This document shows, in pieces, positions 22,263 to 30,642 of a stretch of DNA of 64,000 nt. Position numbers and translations under genes: made by a program. The DNA is from an uncultured bacterium (GTDB lineage: Bacteria > Desulfobacterota_D > UBA1144 > Nemesobacterales > UBA2774). Position 1 is the stretch's first letter, and the number at the start of each line of letters is the position of its first letter. The stretch covers positions 32,001 to 96,000 of the forward strand of contig CAWGRW010000010.1 of assembly GCA_963825135.1 (NCBI GenBank), in the 5' to 3' direction. Under the pieces are notes generated by a model. That model was not told where the DNA came from. It searched no databases and worked only from the letters and a program-made list of their open reading frames with translations.

Positions 22263-22406
22263 CGCGTCCGCTGTAGCAAGGTTGAGCCCCCGGTTAAGCA
22301 TCATCACGGAAATAACGGTCGGGATGATGAACGCGCCCCAGGTCGCATTCTCCCGGAACTCGCGCCTTTCCGGGTTTATGCTTTAAAGAAATTTCTTTTC
22401 GCCCAT
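22263..22406 (-). pseudogene. Degenerate precursor-peptide copy
   Basis: MGEKKFL*SINPERREFRENATWGAFIIPTVISVMMLNRGLNLATADA; in-frame TAA at 22383-22385 plus several substitutions. Confidence 0.8.
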
Positions 22407-22497
22407 TCGATTATCTCCGGCTTACCGGATATGAATCAATATAAACCGCAATACATGCGAAGAATAGCTAATACTATAATCTTCCAGGCGGCGCGGT

Positions 22498-22695
22498 TTA
22501 TGGAACAGGCATAGGAACCGCCCCATCGTTACTCTGGGCGTTCGCGGTCGTGAGGTTGAGCTTCTGGTTAAGCATCATCACGGAAATAACGGTCGGGATG
22601 ATGAATGCGCCCTTGGTCACTCTCTCCAGAAACTCGCGCCGTTCGGGATTCACGTCTTTAAGGAACCCTTTGGCGGCCTTCTCGTCGTCACTCAT
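22498..22695 (-). CDS. Putative RiPP precursor peptide, 65 aa (tail QSNDGAVPMPVP)
   Basis: GGAGG RBS; conserved RREFL...FIIPTV...TTANAQSN block shared with four other copies. Confidence 0.88.
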   Translation of the reverse strand: MSDDEKAAKGFLKDVNPERREFLERVTKGAFIIPTVISVMMLNQKLNLTTANAQSNDGAVPMPVP

Positions 22696-22815
22696 CAGTC
22701 ATCCTCCGGAAGCAGAATTTATTATAGTTTATAATATATAAACCTGCGTAAAATGCAACCAGGGACAGAAAATTTTTGTTAGTGCGAGAAAGGTACGGAC
22801 AGGGCGTCCGGCAGC

Positions 22816-23923
22816 TCAGGATTTTTTAAGGAGAGCGGATATGAATTTGTGCTTCGTTCGGTATTCGGGGTTCTCAGGGTCCCGCGCGAGGGCGAGGGCG
22901 TAGCATCGCCCGCTCTCTTCGAGCCTGCCCAGCTTGAAATAGCACGTTCCCATGGGCTCGTACGAGAACTCGCGGAATATCCTGCTGTCGTACGAGATCC
23001 TGCCGGGGTCTATACCGTCGGGATCGACCGACGCGAGACTCCCGAAGAGCGCGGCCGCCTCCCCGTATGCGCCTCCGTGCATTAGCACCATGGCCCTGAC
23101 CCAGATCATCAGGTAATTGTCCGGGAACAGTGTCTCCGCTTCTTTCAGAACCCCGGAGTAGTCCTCGTCCTTTTCGAGCAGGAGCCTGATCAGATCGTAA
23201 TACGGCTGGCAGTCCCTGGGCACGATATCCTTTCTGCCCCGGATAGTATCTATCGCCCGCCGCCACTCCCGCTCCGCCCCCTCCGTATCGCCCAGGGCCT
23301 TGAGCACGGTGCCGAGCTTGTATCTGAGAAAGGAAATATCCGGATGGTCCTCGACGTGCTTACTGCAGAAGCGGCAGGTTCCTCCTGTGCTTGCGGCCCA
23401 TCTCCCCGTCATACCCGAGGTGGTCGATCTCGAGAATGGAATTCCCTATGGCAAGCCCCTCTTCCTCCCCCACCCTCGTGACGGAAGGGAGCACGGTCTC
23501 GTGTATTATCCCCTCGAACCTTATCCTCGGGTCGTTCCGGAATATCCTGAATTCCCTGAAAGGGGTAAACCCGGTGATCGGCCGGTAATTGACCGTAAAC
23601 GCGGCGTATCCGGGCCGCGAGAGGTCGGCTTTGACGAGGGATTTATCGACCGATCTCAGCCTCTCGTCGGCGTCTATGTAGAGTATCCATTCCCCCAGGC
23701 AGCGGTCGACGGACACGTTGCGGGCGGCGGAGAAGTCGTCCCGCCACGGGAAATCGAAGAGCCTCGCGCCGTACCGGGCCGCGATCTCCTTCGTCCGGTC
23801 GGTCGATCCCGTATCGACGATGACTATCTCGTCCGCTACGTCTTTAAGCGATTCGAGACAGCCTTCGAGGAAACGCTCCTCGTTACGCACGATCATGGCG
23901 GCTGAAAGGAATATATCGTTCAA
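22816..23923 (-). CDS. GT2 glycosyltransferase with TPR-like C-terminus (SunS-like architecture), one-base frameshift at ~23362
   Basis: MIVRNEE, VDTGSTD, FSAARN, IDADE, IHE; colinear with 27146-28267 after removing one T. Confidence 0.88.
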
Positions 23924-24092
23924 TGCCGGTTAACCCTGAAACAATGATAACAGGAAGGAATCAATAAGAAACACGATATCATCTATAGATACGGAGCAGC
24001 ACGACGGCCGCTTTCATCCGGCACATGACCGGGGCCGGATATTCCAGGCCGTACCGGCCTGCCGCCCCCGCGCCTCCGTCCGTTTCCGGCTA

Positions 24093-24254
24093 TCAGTTGT
24101 CGTTACTCTGGGCGTTGGCGGTTGTGAGGTTCAATTTCTGGTTCAGCATCATCACGGATATTACGGTCGGGATGATGAACGCACCCTTGGTAACCTTCTC
24201 CAGGAACTCGCGCCTTTCGGGGTTTACGTCTTCGAGGAATTTCTTTTGGCTCAT
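24093..24254 (-). CDS. Putative RiPP precursor peptide, 53 aa (tail QSNDN), not in ORF track
   Basis: MSQKKFLEDVNPERREFLEKVTKGAFIIPTVISVMMLNQKLNLTTANAQSNDN*; GGAG RBS. Confidence 0.88.
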   Translation of the reverse strand: MSQKKFLEDVNPERREFLEKVTKGAFIIPTVISVMMLNQKLNLTTANAQSNDN

Positions 24255-24358
24255 TCGAGTATCTCCAGTTTATTGGATTGTGCGTCAATATGCCGCGGAT
24301 CCCGTTTCATTGCGCGTCTCAGCCGCTATGACACTGCACGGAATCGCAACCGGCTCTG

Positions 24359-24514
24359 TTACCCGTCGTTGCTCTGGGCGTTGGCGGTGGTGAGGTTCAA
24401 TTTCTGGTTCAGCATCATCACGGATATTACGGTAGGGATGATGAACGCGCCCTTGGTAACCTTCTCCAGGAACTCGCGCCTTTCGGGGTTTACGTCTTCG
24501 AAGAACTTCTTCAT
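24359..24514 (-). CDS. Putative RiPP precursor peptide, 51 aa (tail QSNDG; alternative GTG start at 24520), not in ORF track
   Basis: MKKFFEDVNPERREFLEKVTKGAFIIPTVISVMMLNQKLNLTTANAQSNDG*; GGAGG RBS. Confidence 0.88.
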   Translation of the reverse strand: MKKFFEDVNPERREFLEKVTKGAFIIPTVISVMMLNQKLNLTTANAQSNDG

Positions 24515-24644
24515 AGCCACGGACAGCCTCCAAACATTCGATTTATCAGAAATATATCATATCGCGGATCGACATACAAGCAATATTTGCAGAATTCCGG
24601 ATAAGTTACACACGACAACATTTCCCGGCGGCGCAGGGACTTTA

Positions 24645-26401
24645 TCAGAGGGAGCGCATGTATTCGAGGAGCTGCTGCTGGGAGCCCTCGTTGGTCCATC
24701 TGTTCTCGATCCACCGGGCCCCCTGCATGGCGCGTATGAGGTGGCTGCCGTAATTCCGGTACACGTCCCATACCGCGTCCTCTATGTCGCCCAGGCTGAC
24801 CCTGTCCCACTGCCCGTAGGCATTCCCTTCGTAGTTCGCATCTTCCTTCCCGCAGACCGGTATGACCTTACAGAAACCGGATTCGATTATCTCCCGGTGG
24901 ACCGGAATATCGGTCAGAAGCGTCGGTATGCCCAGATACATGCTTTCGCGAGGGGTGAAAGACCACCCCTCCCCGCTCGACGGGAAGACGTAACATGAAA
25001 GATTACGGTACCATTCGCCCGTCCGCTCGTCGGTCCACTCCCCCCAGGTCCATTCGACGAACGGGGAGCGTTCCATCAGGGCGACCTCGGGCGTGTACAT
25101 ACCCCGCATAAACATGGAGGAATGAACGACGAGCCTGAGCCCGGGGATTTTCCCCAGGAGATTCACGCACGCCTGATAGAGTTTGAATAAATTTTTTCTC
25201 TTGTAAGGCACGCCCAGGAACCCGATCCTGAAAACGTCGCCCCGGGGCTTGATAGAGGACCTCCTGTCGTACCTCGTGAACCCCTGCTGTATAGCGGCGA
25301 CCGGGATTCTGACGCCCGAGGATTCGAACACCCCCTTCATGTATTCATGAGGGACGATACAGCGGGCGTAATGCTCGTTAATCGGCTTTATCCAGTGACG
25401 GGGAATCTCCGACGTCTCGAACGTAGTATAAGCTACGTTGATATTTCCCTTCGAAAGCCTGTCGGTAAAAAACGGCGCCATACCGGCAACCAGGACCTTT
25501 TTGCTCGAGAGATGCTTCGTATCTTTCACGACCGTGCCGATAACGCTCGAACGGTCGTACACCGTGGTCAGGCCGTCGAAGGGCTTTTCCTTGTATATCC
25601 GGAGCACGTATATATCGTCGGGAATATTTATTCCGGCGATTTTCGAATCTATCCCGCGGCGGATACCGGCGGCAGCCGCCGCGCTCACCTTCTTCCTTGA
25701 GCCGCCCGCGTATTCGGGCGATCCCTTCTTGTGCTCCCACCTCCAGGAAGCCTCGTGGTGGTGCCTGCCGTAGTTCCCGAAATGGCAAGCTACCGCCCCC
25801 GTTACGGGACATATGCGGTCGGGGTTCGGGAGGAGCACCACGTCCCTGAGCTTTTGCCTGCAGTCGTGATACACCGTGGTTACGAGGCCGGGGCCGGTGG
25901 ATTCGAGGACGTCGTTCTCGGTCAGTATTTCGCGGCGCGACTCCCGTGCCATCTTTCTCAGTATATGGAGCAGGAACGGGTGGCCGGGCTCGCTCCCGAA
26001 CATGTAGTTCGCCACGCGGAGTCGGTCCCTGTGTCCGAGCCTCAGGGCCGTCTCCACGGTCAGCGTCGATTCCTCGCCGAACACGCAGCGGAATTCGCAA
26101 AGCCCGTCGAGCGGGTTAAGGCACTCGACGTCCATGTCCATATAAAACCCGCCCTCCCCGTAAACGACTACGATGCGGAATATATCGGTCCTCTGAATGA
26201 CCGACGCGCGGTCGTAAACCGGGAGGAACTCGGGGAAGAACCTTGTTCAACGGCGTCCCTGCACGCCTCATCGTCGTAGAATTTGTATTCCCAGGCGGGA
26301 TGGAGGGCGATGAGGTTCTCCCTGTAACGGCGGTACTTCGCCGGAACGTCCTCGTTCTTATACGTCTGGTGGATTATCCTGGGGATGGCCATGTTCGTCA
26401 C
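24645..26401 (-). CDS. Two-domain glycosyltransferase: GT32/OCH1-like DXD domain fused to GT4-like GT-B domain; frameshift at ~26242
   Basis: IPRIIHQTY...DIFR....GGFYMDMD, STGP; C-terminal YKRKN and FPSSGEGWSFTPRESM. Confidence 0.85.
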
Positions 26402-26418
26402 GAATCTCCGCCGCAGCT

Positions 26419-27153
26419 CTATCCTTCTATTCCGTCCAGCAGGCGCGACGCCTCTTCCCCGGTGTACCTGCCGTCGAGTATGCCTTTAATTATCGAGGTC
26501 GATTCCGCCGAAAGCTCGCTCGACGCGCTGAATATCTTCTCCCAGTGCTCTCTCGTGCACAGGTTGTTACCGTGATAAACGTATATATAGAGCTTCGGCA
26601 TCATCACGGGGAAAATGAGGCTCCGCTTGAAGAGCTCCCTTATGAGGTACGTATCCTCGTGCCGGAAGACTTCCTCGTACCTGAGATCGCCGCCGAGTAA
26701 CGATTTCCTGCACAGGAGCGACCCCTCCCACGGCCTCCTGTTGGATAGATAGGCCTTACCCGTACGCTCGTCATACATGAGCCAGTGAAATAGAAGGCAC
26801 GCGGGCAGCCCGCTCGCCTTGATCACGTCCATCTGGAACGAGAGCCTGTCGCGGTGAGACCAGTCGTCGTCGTCCCATTGGCAGAAATACTCCCCGCGGC
26901 ACTCCGCCAGGGAACGGTTTCTCAGTCTGCCGAGATTAAATCCTTCGGAAGAAGGCAGCTCGACTAAAATGAGATTATGATCTTCCAGGGCTCTCACGTA
27001 TTCGGCCGTCTCTCCGTCATCGCTCTCGTAGAGTATTACGAGCTCCTTCCGAGGATACGTCTGGTCCCTGAAGGACTGAACGGCCCTTTGGAGGAGCTTC
27101 TTCCTGCCGTGCGTAACGCAGAGGCACGATATGAGCGGCATGTCGTCATTCAT
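26419..27153 (-). CDS. GT2 family glycosyltransferase
   Basis: PLISCLCVT, QTYPRKELVI, GRLRN, QWDDDD, ED motif. Confidence 0.92.
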   Translation of the reverse strand: MNDDMPLISCLCVTHGRKKLLQRAVQSFRDQTYPRKELVILYESDDGETAEYVRALEDHNLILVELPSSEGFNLGRLRNRSLAECRGEYFCQWDDDDWSHRDRLSFQMDVIKASGLPACLLFHWLMYDERTGKAYLSNRRPWEGSLLCRKSLLGGDLRYEEVFRHEDTYLIRELFKRSLIFPVMMPKLYIYVYHGNNLCTREHWEKIFSASSELSAESTSIIKGILDGRYTGEEASRLLDGIEG

Positions 27154-28267
27154 GTCGGGTCCCGGTTTTTTTCAGCAGCGCGCCCAAGAATTTGCGTTTG
27201 GTTTCATACTCATGGTTGCCGGGGCGGAGCTCGGCCGCGAGCGAATAGTATTTGAGGCTCTCCCCGTATCTTCCGAGCTTGAAAAGACAGGCCGCGAGAG
27301 GCTCATAGGAAAGCTCGCCGAATATGGCGGTGTTGTACGAGAGGGGGCCTTCGACCAGGGTCTCGGGGTCAACGGAAACGAGCGATTCGAGGAGCGGGAC
27401 GGCTTCTTCGAAACGGCGGCTCCGCGCGAGCGTCACCGCCCTGGTCCATATCAGGAGATAGTTGTCGGGGAAGAGGCGGAGGGCCTCGTCGAGGAGCGCG
27501 GAGGAGTCCCCGCCCTTGTCGTTGAGAAGACAGATCATTTCATAAAACGCGTGACTGTCCTCGTGCGTCACGGTCTCTTTCCGGCGCGATATTTCCATGG
27601 CTTCCGTCCACGTCTTTTCGGCCGCGTCCGGGTCTCCGAGGCCCTTCAGGGCCACGCCCAGCTGCCACCTGAGATACATCCTCTGCGGCTCGTTCTCTAT
27701 CTGTTTTATGAGCAGGGGGAGGTTCCTCCCGTGCTTTTGCAGGAGGTCCCCGTCGTAGCCGGTGTGGTCTATGGCGAGGGGGCAGTCGCCGATGCCCATC
27801 CCGTTCTCTTCCATGAAGACCTCGATCGAGGGGAATATGGTCTCGTGAATGGTGTTGCAGAACCGTATGCGGGGGTCGTTCCTGAAAATCCGGTATTCCT
27901 TGTACGCGGTATAGCCACCTATGGGGTGGAACCTGACGGTATAGACGGCAATCTTCGTGTCGGAAAGTATCCGCGTTACCTCTTCCCTGCTCACGGGTCT
28001 GAGCCTCTCGTCAGCGTCTATGTAGAGTATCCATTCGCCGCGGCAGTGATCGAGGGACTCGTTGCGTGCGGCTGAGAAATCGTCCCGCCAGGGGAAATCG
28101 AAGACCCTCGCGCCGTACCGGGAAGCGATCTCCTTCGTCCGGTCGGTCGATCCCGTATCGACGATGACTATCTCGTCGACCACGTCCCTGATGGATTCGA
28201 GACAGCCTTCGAGGAATCGCTCTTCGTTGCGCACGATCATGGAGGCCGAAAAGATTATATCGCTCAA
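27146..28267 (-). CDS. GT2 glycosyltransferase with TPR-like C-terminus (SunS-like architecture)
   Basis: TTG start inferred from the paralogue; MIVRNEE, VDTGSTD, IDADE, IHE, then helical repeats. Confidence 0.9.
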   Translation of the reverse strand: MSDIIFSASMIVRNEERFLEGCLESIRDVVDEIVIVDTGSTDRTKEIASRYGARVFDFPWRDDFSAARNESLDHCRGEWILYIDADERLRPVSREEVTRILSDTKIAVYTVRFHPIGGYTAYKEYRIFRNDPRIRFCNTIHETIFPSIEVFMEENGMGIGDCPLAIDHTGYDGDLLQKHGRNLPLLIKQIENEPQRMYLRWQLGVALKGLGDPDAAEKTWTEAMEISRRKETVTHEDSHAFYEMICLLNDKGGDSSALLDEALRLFPDNYLLIWTRAVTLARSRRFEEAVPLLESLVSVDPETLVEGPLSYNTAIFGELSYEPLAACLFKLGRYGESLKYYSLAAELRPGNHEYETKRKFLGALLKKTGTRHE

Positions 28268-28403
28268 TTCCTCATCACCAGGATTAAATAATAACCGGAG
28301 AGGACGCGTACCAAAACGGCGGGGAACAGGAAATATAAAACTCGGGGGACGGGACGCGTGCCCGTGAAAAGCGGATTGCCGGGTCACAAAAGGCGTCCGG
28401 GCT

Positions 28404-29021
28404 TTAACCGCAGTAAGGCTGATCTTCCGGCAAAAGGAGCTTACGAATGAAGAACTTCGAATCCGGGGCAAGCGTGCTGCCCAGAGGAATTCCGTTTGCG
28501 AAGTAAAATCCGGTCTCGCCGGAAGGCAGGAGGTCGTACGTATGACCGGCCTCGTACCGGACCTTCTCTATCGATAACAGCACCGCTCCGTCCAATGTGT
28601 CGCCCGGCAAGAGATCGCCTGCTTCCCCGGCGTCCGTGGTAGGATGCCCCGGAGACACGAACAATTCTCTGCCGTCATTCAAAACCAGACGACAAAGGGT
28701 ATGGTCTCCCGGAACCGACGCCTTCGACACGAGCTCTATCGGTCTTACGACCTTGTTTCCGTTCGAGTCGAGGGTGAATACCGGCATCCCCGGCCTTAAA
28801 TCGACGATGGAAACGTCCCCGTCCGGGGTCGAGATCAGGGTCGCCGCAGACAGGCACGGCGCTGTCCCGTTGCTCTGGGCGTTTGCCGTCGTGAGATGGA
28901 GCTTCTGATTGAGCATCATCACGGAAATGACCGTCGGTATAACGAACGCGCCCTTCGTAAGCTTCTCGAGGAACTCGCGCCTCTCGGGATTAACGCCGTC
29001 CAGAAACCTTTTGTCACTCAT
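28404..29021 (-). CDS. Precursor peptide fused to a C-terminal Hint (Hedgehog/intein) domain
   Basis: aa 1-55 match the precursor family; Hint motifs C56LSAATLISTPDG, SPGHP, TYDL, FYFANGIPLGS. Confidence 0.9.
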   Translation of the reverse strand: MSDKRFLDGVNPERREFLEKLTKGAFVIPTVISVMMLNQKLHLTTANAQSNGTAPCLSAATLISTPDGDVSIVDLRPGMPVFTLDSNGNKVVRPIELVSKASVPGDHTLCRLVLNDGRELFVSPGHPTTDAGEAGDLLPGDTLDGAVLLSIEKVRYEAGHTYDLLPSGETGFYFANGIPLGSTLAPDSKFFIRKLLLPEDQPYCG

Positions 29022-29059
29022 GATACGCCCCCTTTATATTACAATACAGACTGCGACGA

Positions 29060-29896
29060 TTATATCACAGACATTTTTTCCTGTAAACCCGAGACGGCCC
29101 CATCGAGATCGCCTATATAAAGCAGATAGCAATGAGCGCTGTCTATCAGCCCGCATAGCCCGCCGATTTTCAAATGGTCGTTTGTCTCCGAAAGGAAGCT
29201 CATGGGCATAATTTTCTCGACCATGCGGTATTTGGGGCACTCCTCTATACGCGTCTCTCCGCCGTGATTCCGTACGAGATAGAAGACGGCGCTGACTTCC
29301 CCCTCGTCGATCTTCCAGGGGCGTCCCGCGTCGAGGGGCGTAAACGAGTACATCTTCTGTTTATTGTAGGTGATGTTGTACGGGAGCGATTCGAAGGGCG
29401 GCTTCATTTTCGGCAAAAGACCCGTGCTCTCCTGTTTGATGTTGAACCGCCTCGGGAACGGTATGGCCTTGCAGTCCCGGACAAGCGCGAGCTCGTCCCC
29501 GACGACCCGAAATCCCGCCAGCACCAGACTGACCATGAGCGTGGTCTTCCCGGCTCCCTTGTCCCCGACGACAAGGAACCTCTTCCCGTTCCATTCCGCG
29601 CACCCGGCGTGAATGCGTATCCTGTCCGTGATCCCGGAAAGCACCTCCTTGTGCATGAGCCACTGGAGGTTGAAGATCGTGGCGCTGAGGTCGCCCGAGG
29701 AGTGGCGGACCTCGCCGCTTCTCAGGACTTCATAAACGCCGTCCCTGACCCTCAATTCATAGAGGGCCTCGTTCGTGACGGGATAGTCCTGCTCCGCGTC
29801 GTGCACTATGAAATCGAGAAGGCGCGCCGATTCTTCGTCTTCGGTGCGTATGGTGAATGCGGTGTCGAGCAGTGTATGCCTGCGTTCGTGAATTAT
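29060..29896 (-). CDS. HprK-related P-loop kinase (start probably ATA at 29896; GTG 29806 in ORF track)
   Basis: IHAGCA, GDKGAGKTT, VGDE, PFPR motifs. Confidence 0.85.
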   Translation of the reverse strand: MIHERRHTLLDTAFTIRTEDEESARLLDFIVHDAEQDYPVTNEALYELRVRDGVYEVLRSGEVRHSSGDLSATIFNLQWLMHKEVLSGITDRIRIHAGCAEWNGKRFLVVGDKGAGKTTLMVSLVLAGFRVVGDELALVRDCKAIPFPRRFNIKQESTGLLPKMKPPFESLPYNITYNKQKMYSFTPLDAGRPWKIDEGEVSAVFYLVRNHGGETRIEECPKYRMVEKIMPMSFLSETNDHLKIGGLCGLIDSAHCYLLYIGDLDGAVSGLQEKMSVI

Positions 29897-30150
29897 TTGA
29901 CCAGTCCTTCCTGAATGAGCGTATTGAGGCAGTCGGCGACTTCTTTCTCCGGGTCCTCCGGGAGCTGATACGCCTCCCTCACGACCGCCGTGATATCGGC
30001 CAGAGAGTTTGTGCCCGTGCAGGCCTCGAGCACGAGCACCGCGGTCTTGTTGAGGTAGTGGACCTTATCCTTCTCGCTCTGGTAGATGACGTAGCCGTCC
30101 TCGACCTCGTTTATGTCTATGCCATCGGCTATTTTGGGGTATTCGCTCAT
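29893..30150 (-). CDS. PqqD-family RiPP recognition element
   Basis: 85 aa; HYLNKTAVLVLEAC.G....I.......Y...........L..EGLV. Confidence 0.93.
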   Translation of the reverse strand: MSEYPKIADGIDINEVEDGYVIYQSEKDKVHYLNKTAVLVLEACTGTNSLADITAVVREAYQLPEDPEKEVADCLNTLIQEGLVK

Positions 30151-30288
30151 CGAAGTACGTCCTGCCTCGTTTCGGTATTTGTAAAAACAGAGTATTTATT
30201 ATCCCGAATTGCGGCGGGACTTTCAAGACCGCGGAGGAATCACATGCGAACCTGCATCGGGAATTTTCCGAAATCGGTCATCAGAAAC

Positions 30289-30334
30289 AAAAAAAACCCC
30301 GGAACGCCTCTATGGGCGCTCCGGGGCTTTCTTT
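30289..30334 (-). terminator. Intrinsic terminator downstream of the small lipopeptide gene
   Basis: Minus strand GCCCCGGAGCGCC-CATAGA-GGCGTTCCGGGG-T8. Confidence 0.8.
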
Positions 30335-30366
30335 ACATTTAATAATATCTTCCGGTCTATTAAAGC

Positions 30367-30525
30367 CTATGACTGGGTCGAGTCGCCCGAGCCCGAACCT
30401 GTGGGCTGGTTTGACGTCGTGTCCTTATCCTTTCCGCCGCAGGCGAGTACGTTAGACGTAGTCAATACTATTCCGCCGAGCGCTATCCCCAATGTAATTG
30501 CCAGTGCAAATAATACCTTTTTCAT
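30367..30525 (-). CDS. 52-aa Ser/Thr/Gly-rich secreted peptide or lipopeptide, not in ORF track
   Basis: MKKVLFALAITLGIALGGIVLTTSNVLA-CGGKDKDTTSNQPTGSGSGDSTQS*; GGGAGGT RBS; own terminator. Confidence 0.8.
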   Translation of the reverse strand: MKKVLFALAITLGIALGGIVLTTSNVLACGGKDKDTTSNQPTGSGSGDSTQS

Positions 30526-30642
30526 GTCGTCTTACCTCCCGCTGTTTTGTATCTAAAGTCTAGCCCAGGATCGGGGAAATTGCCAGTTTTTTTATACCGG
30601 CGTCCGAATGCCCGCGCCGGCCGCGTCATTTTCTCAAATGAT

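Noticed and set aside
24025..24998. ORF-track entries 24025-24393, 24103-24288, 24246-24998 and 24285-24533
   Set aside because: Antisense or off-frame shadows of the two short precursor genes
22816..28267. Classical glycocin cluster
   Set aside because: Free precursors lack Cys pairs and a double-glycine leader; no C39 peptidase-ABC transporter
28404..28856. Splicing intein
   Set aside because: No terminal His-Asn and no conserved host protein flanking it; better described as a cleavage-type Hint domain
20888..30150. Calling the locus a lasso peptide cluster (FxxPxV motif; T-T|ANAQSND would give an Ala1-Asp7 ring)
   Set aside because: No lasso cyclase or B2 protease in the window, two precursors have no tail to thread, and the Hint-fused copy lacks the Asp; a trans-encoded cyclase cannot be excluded
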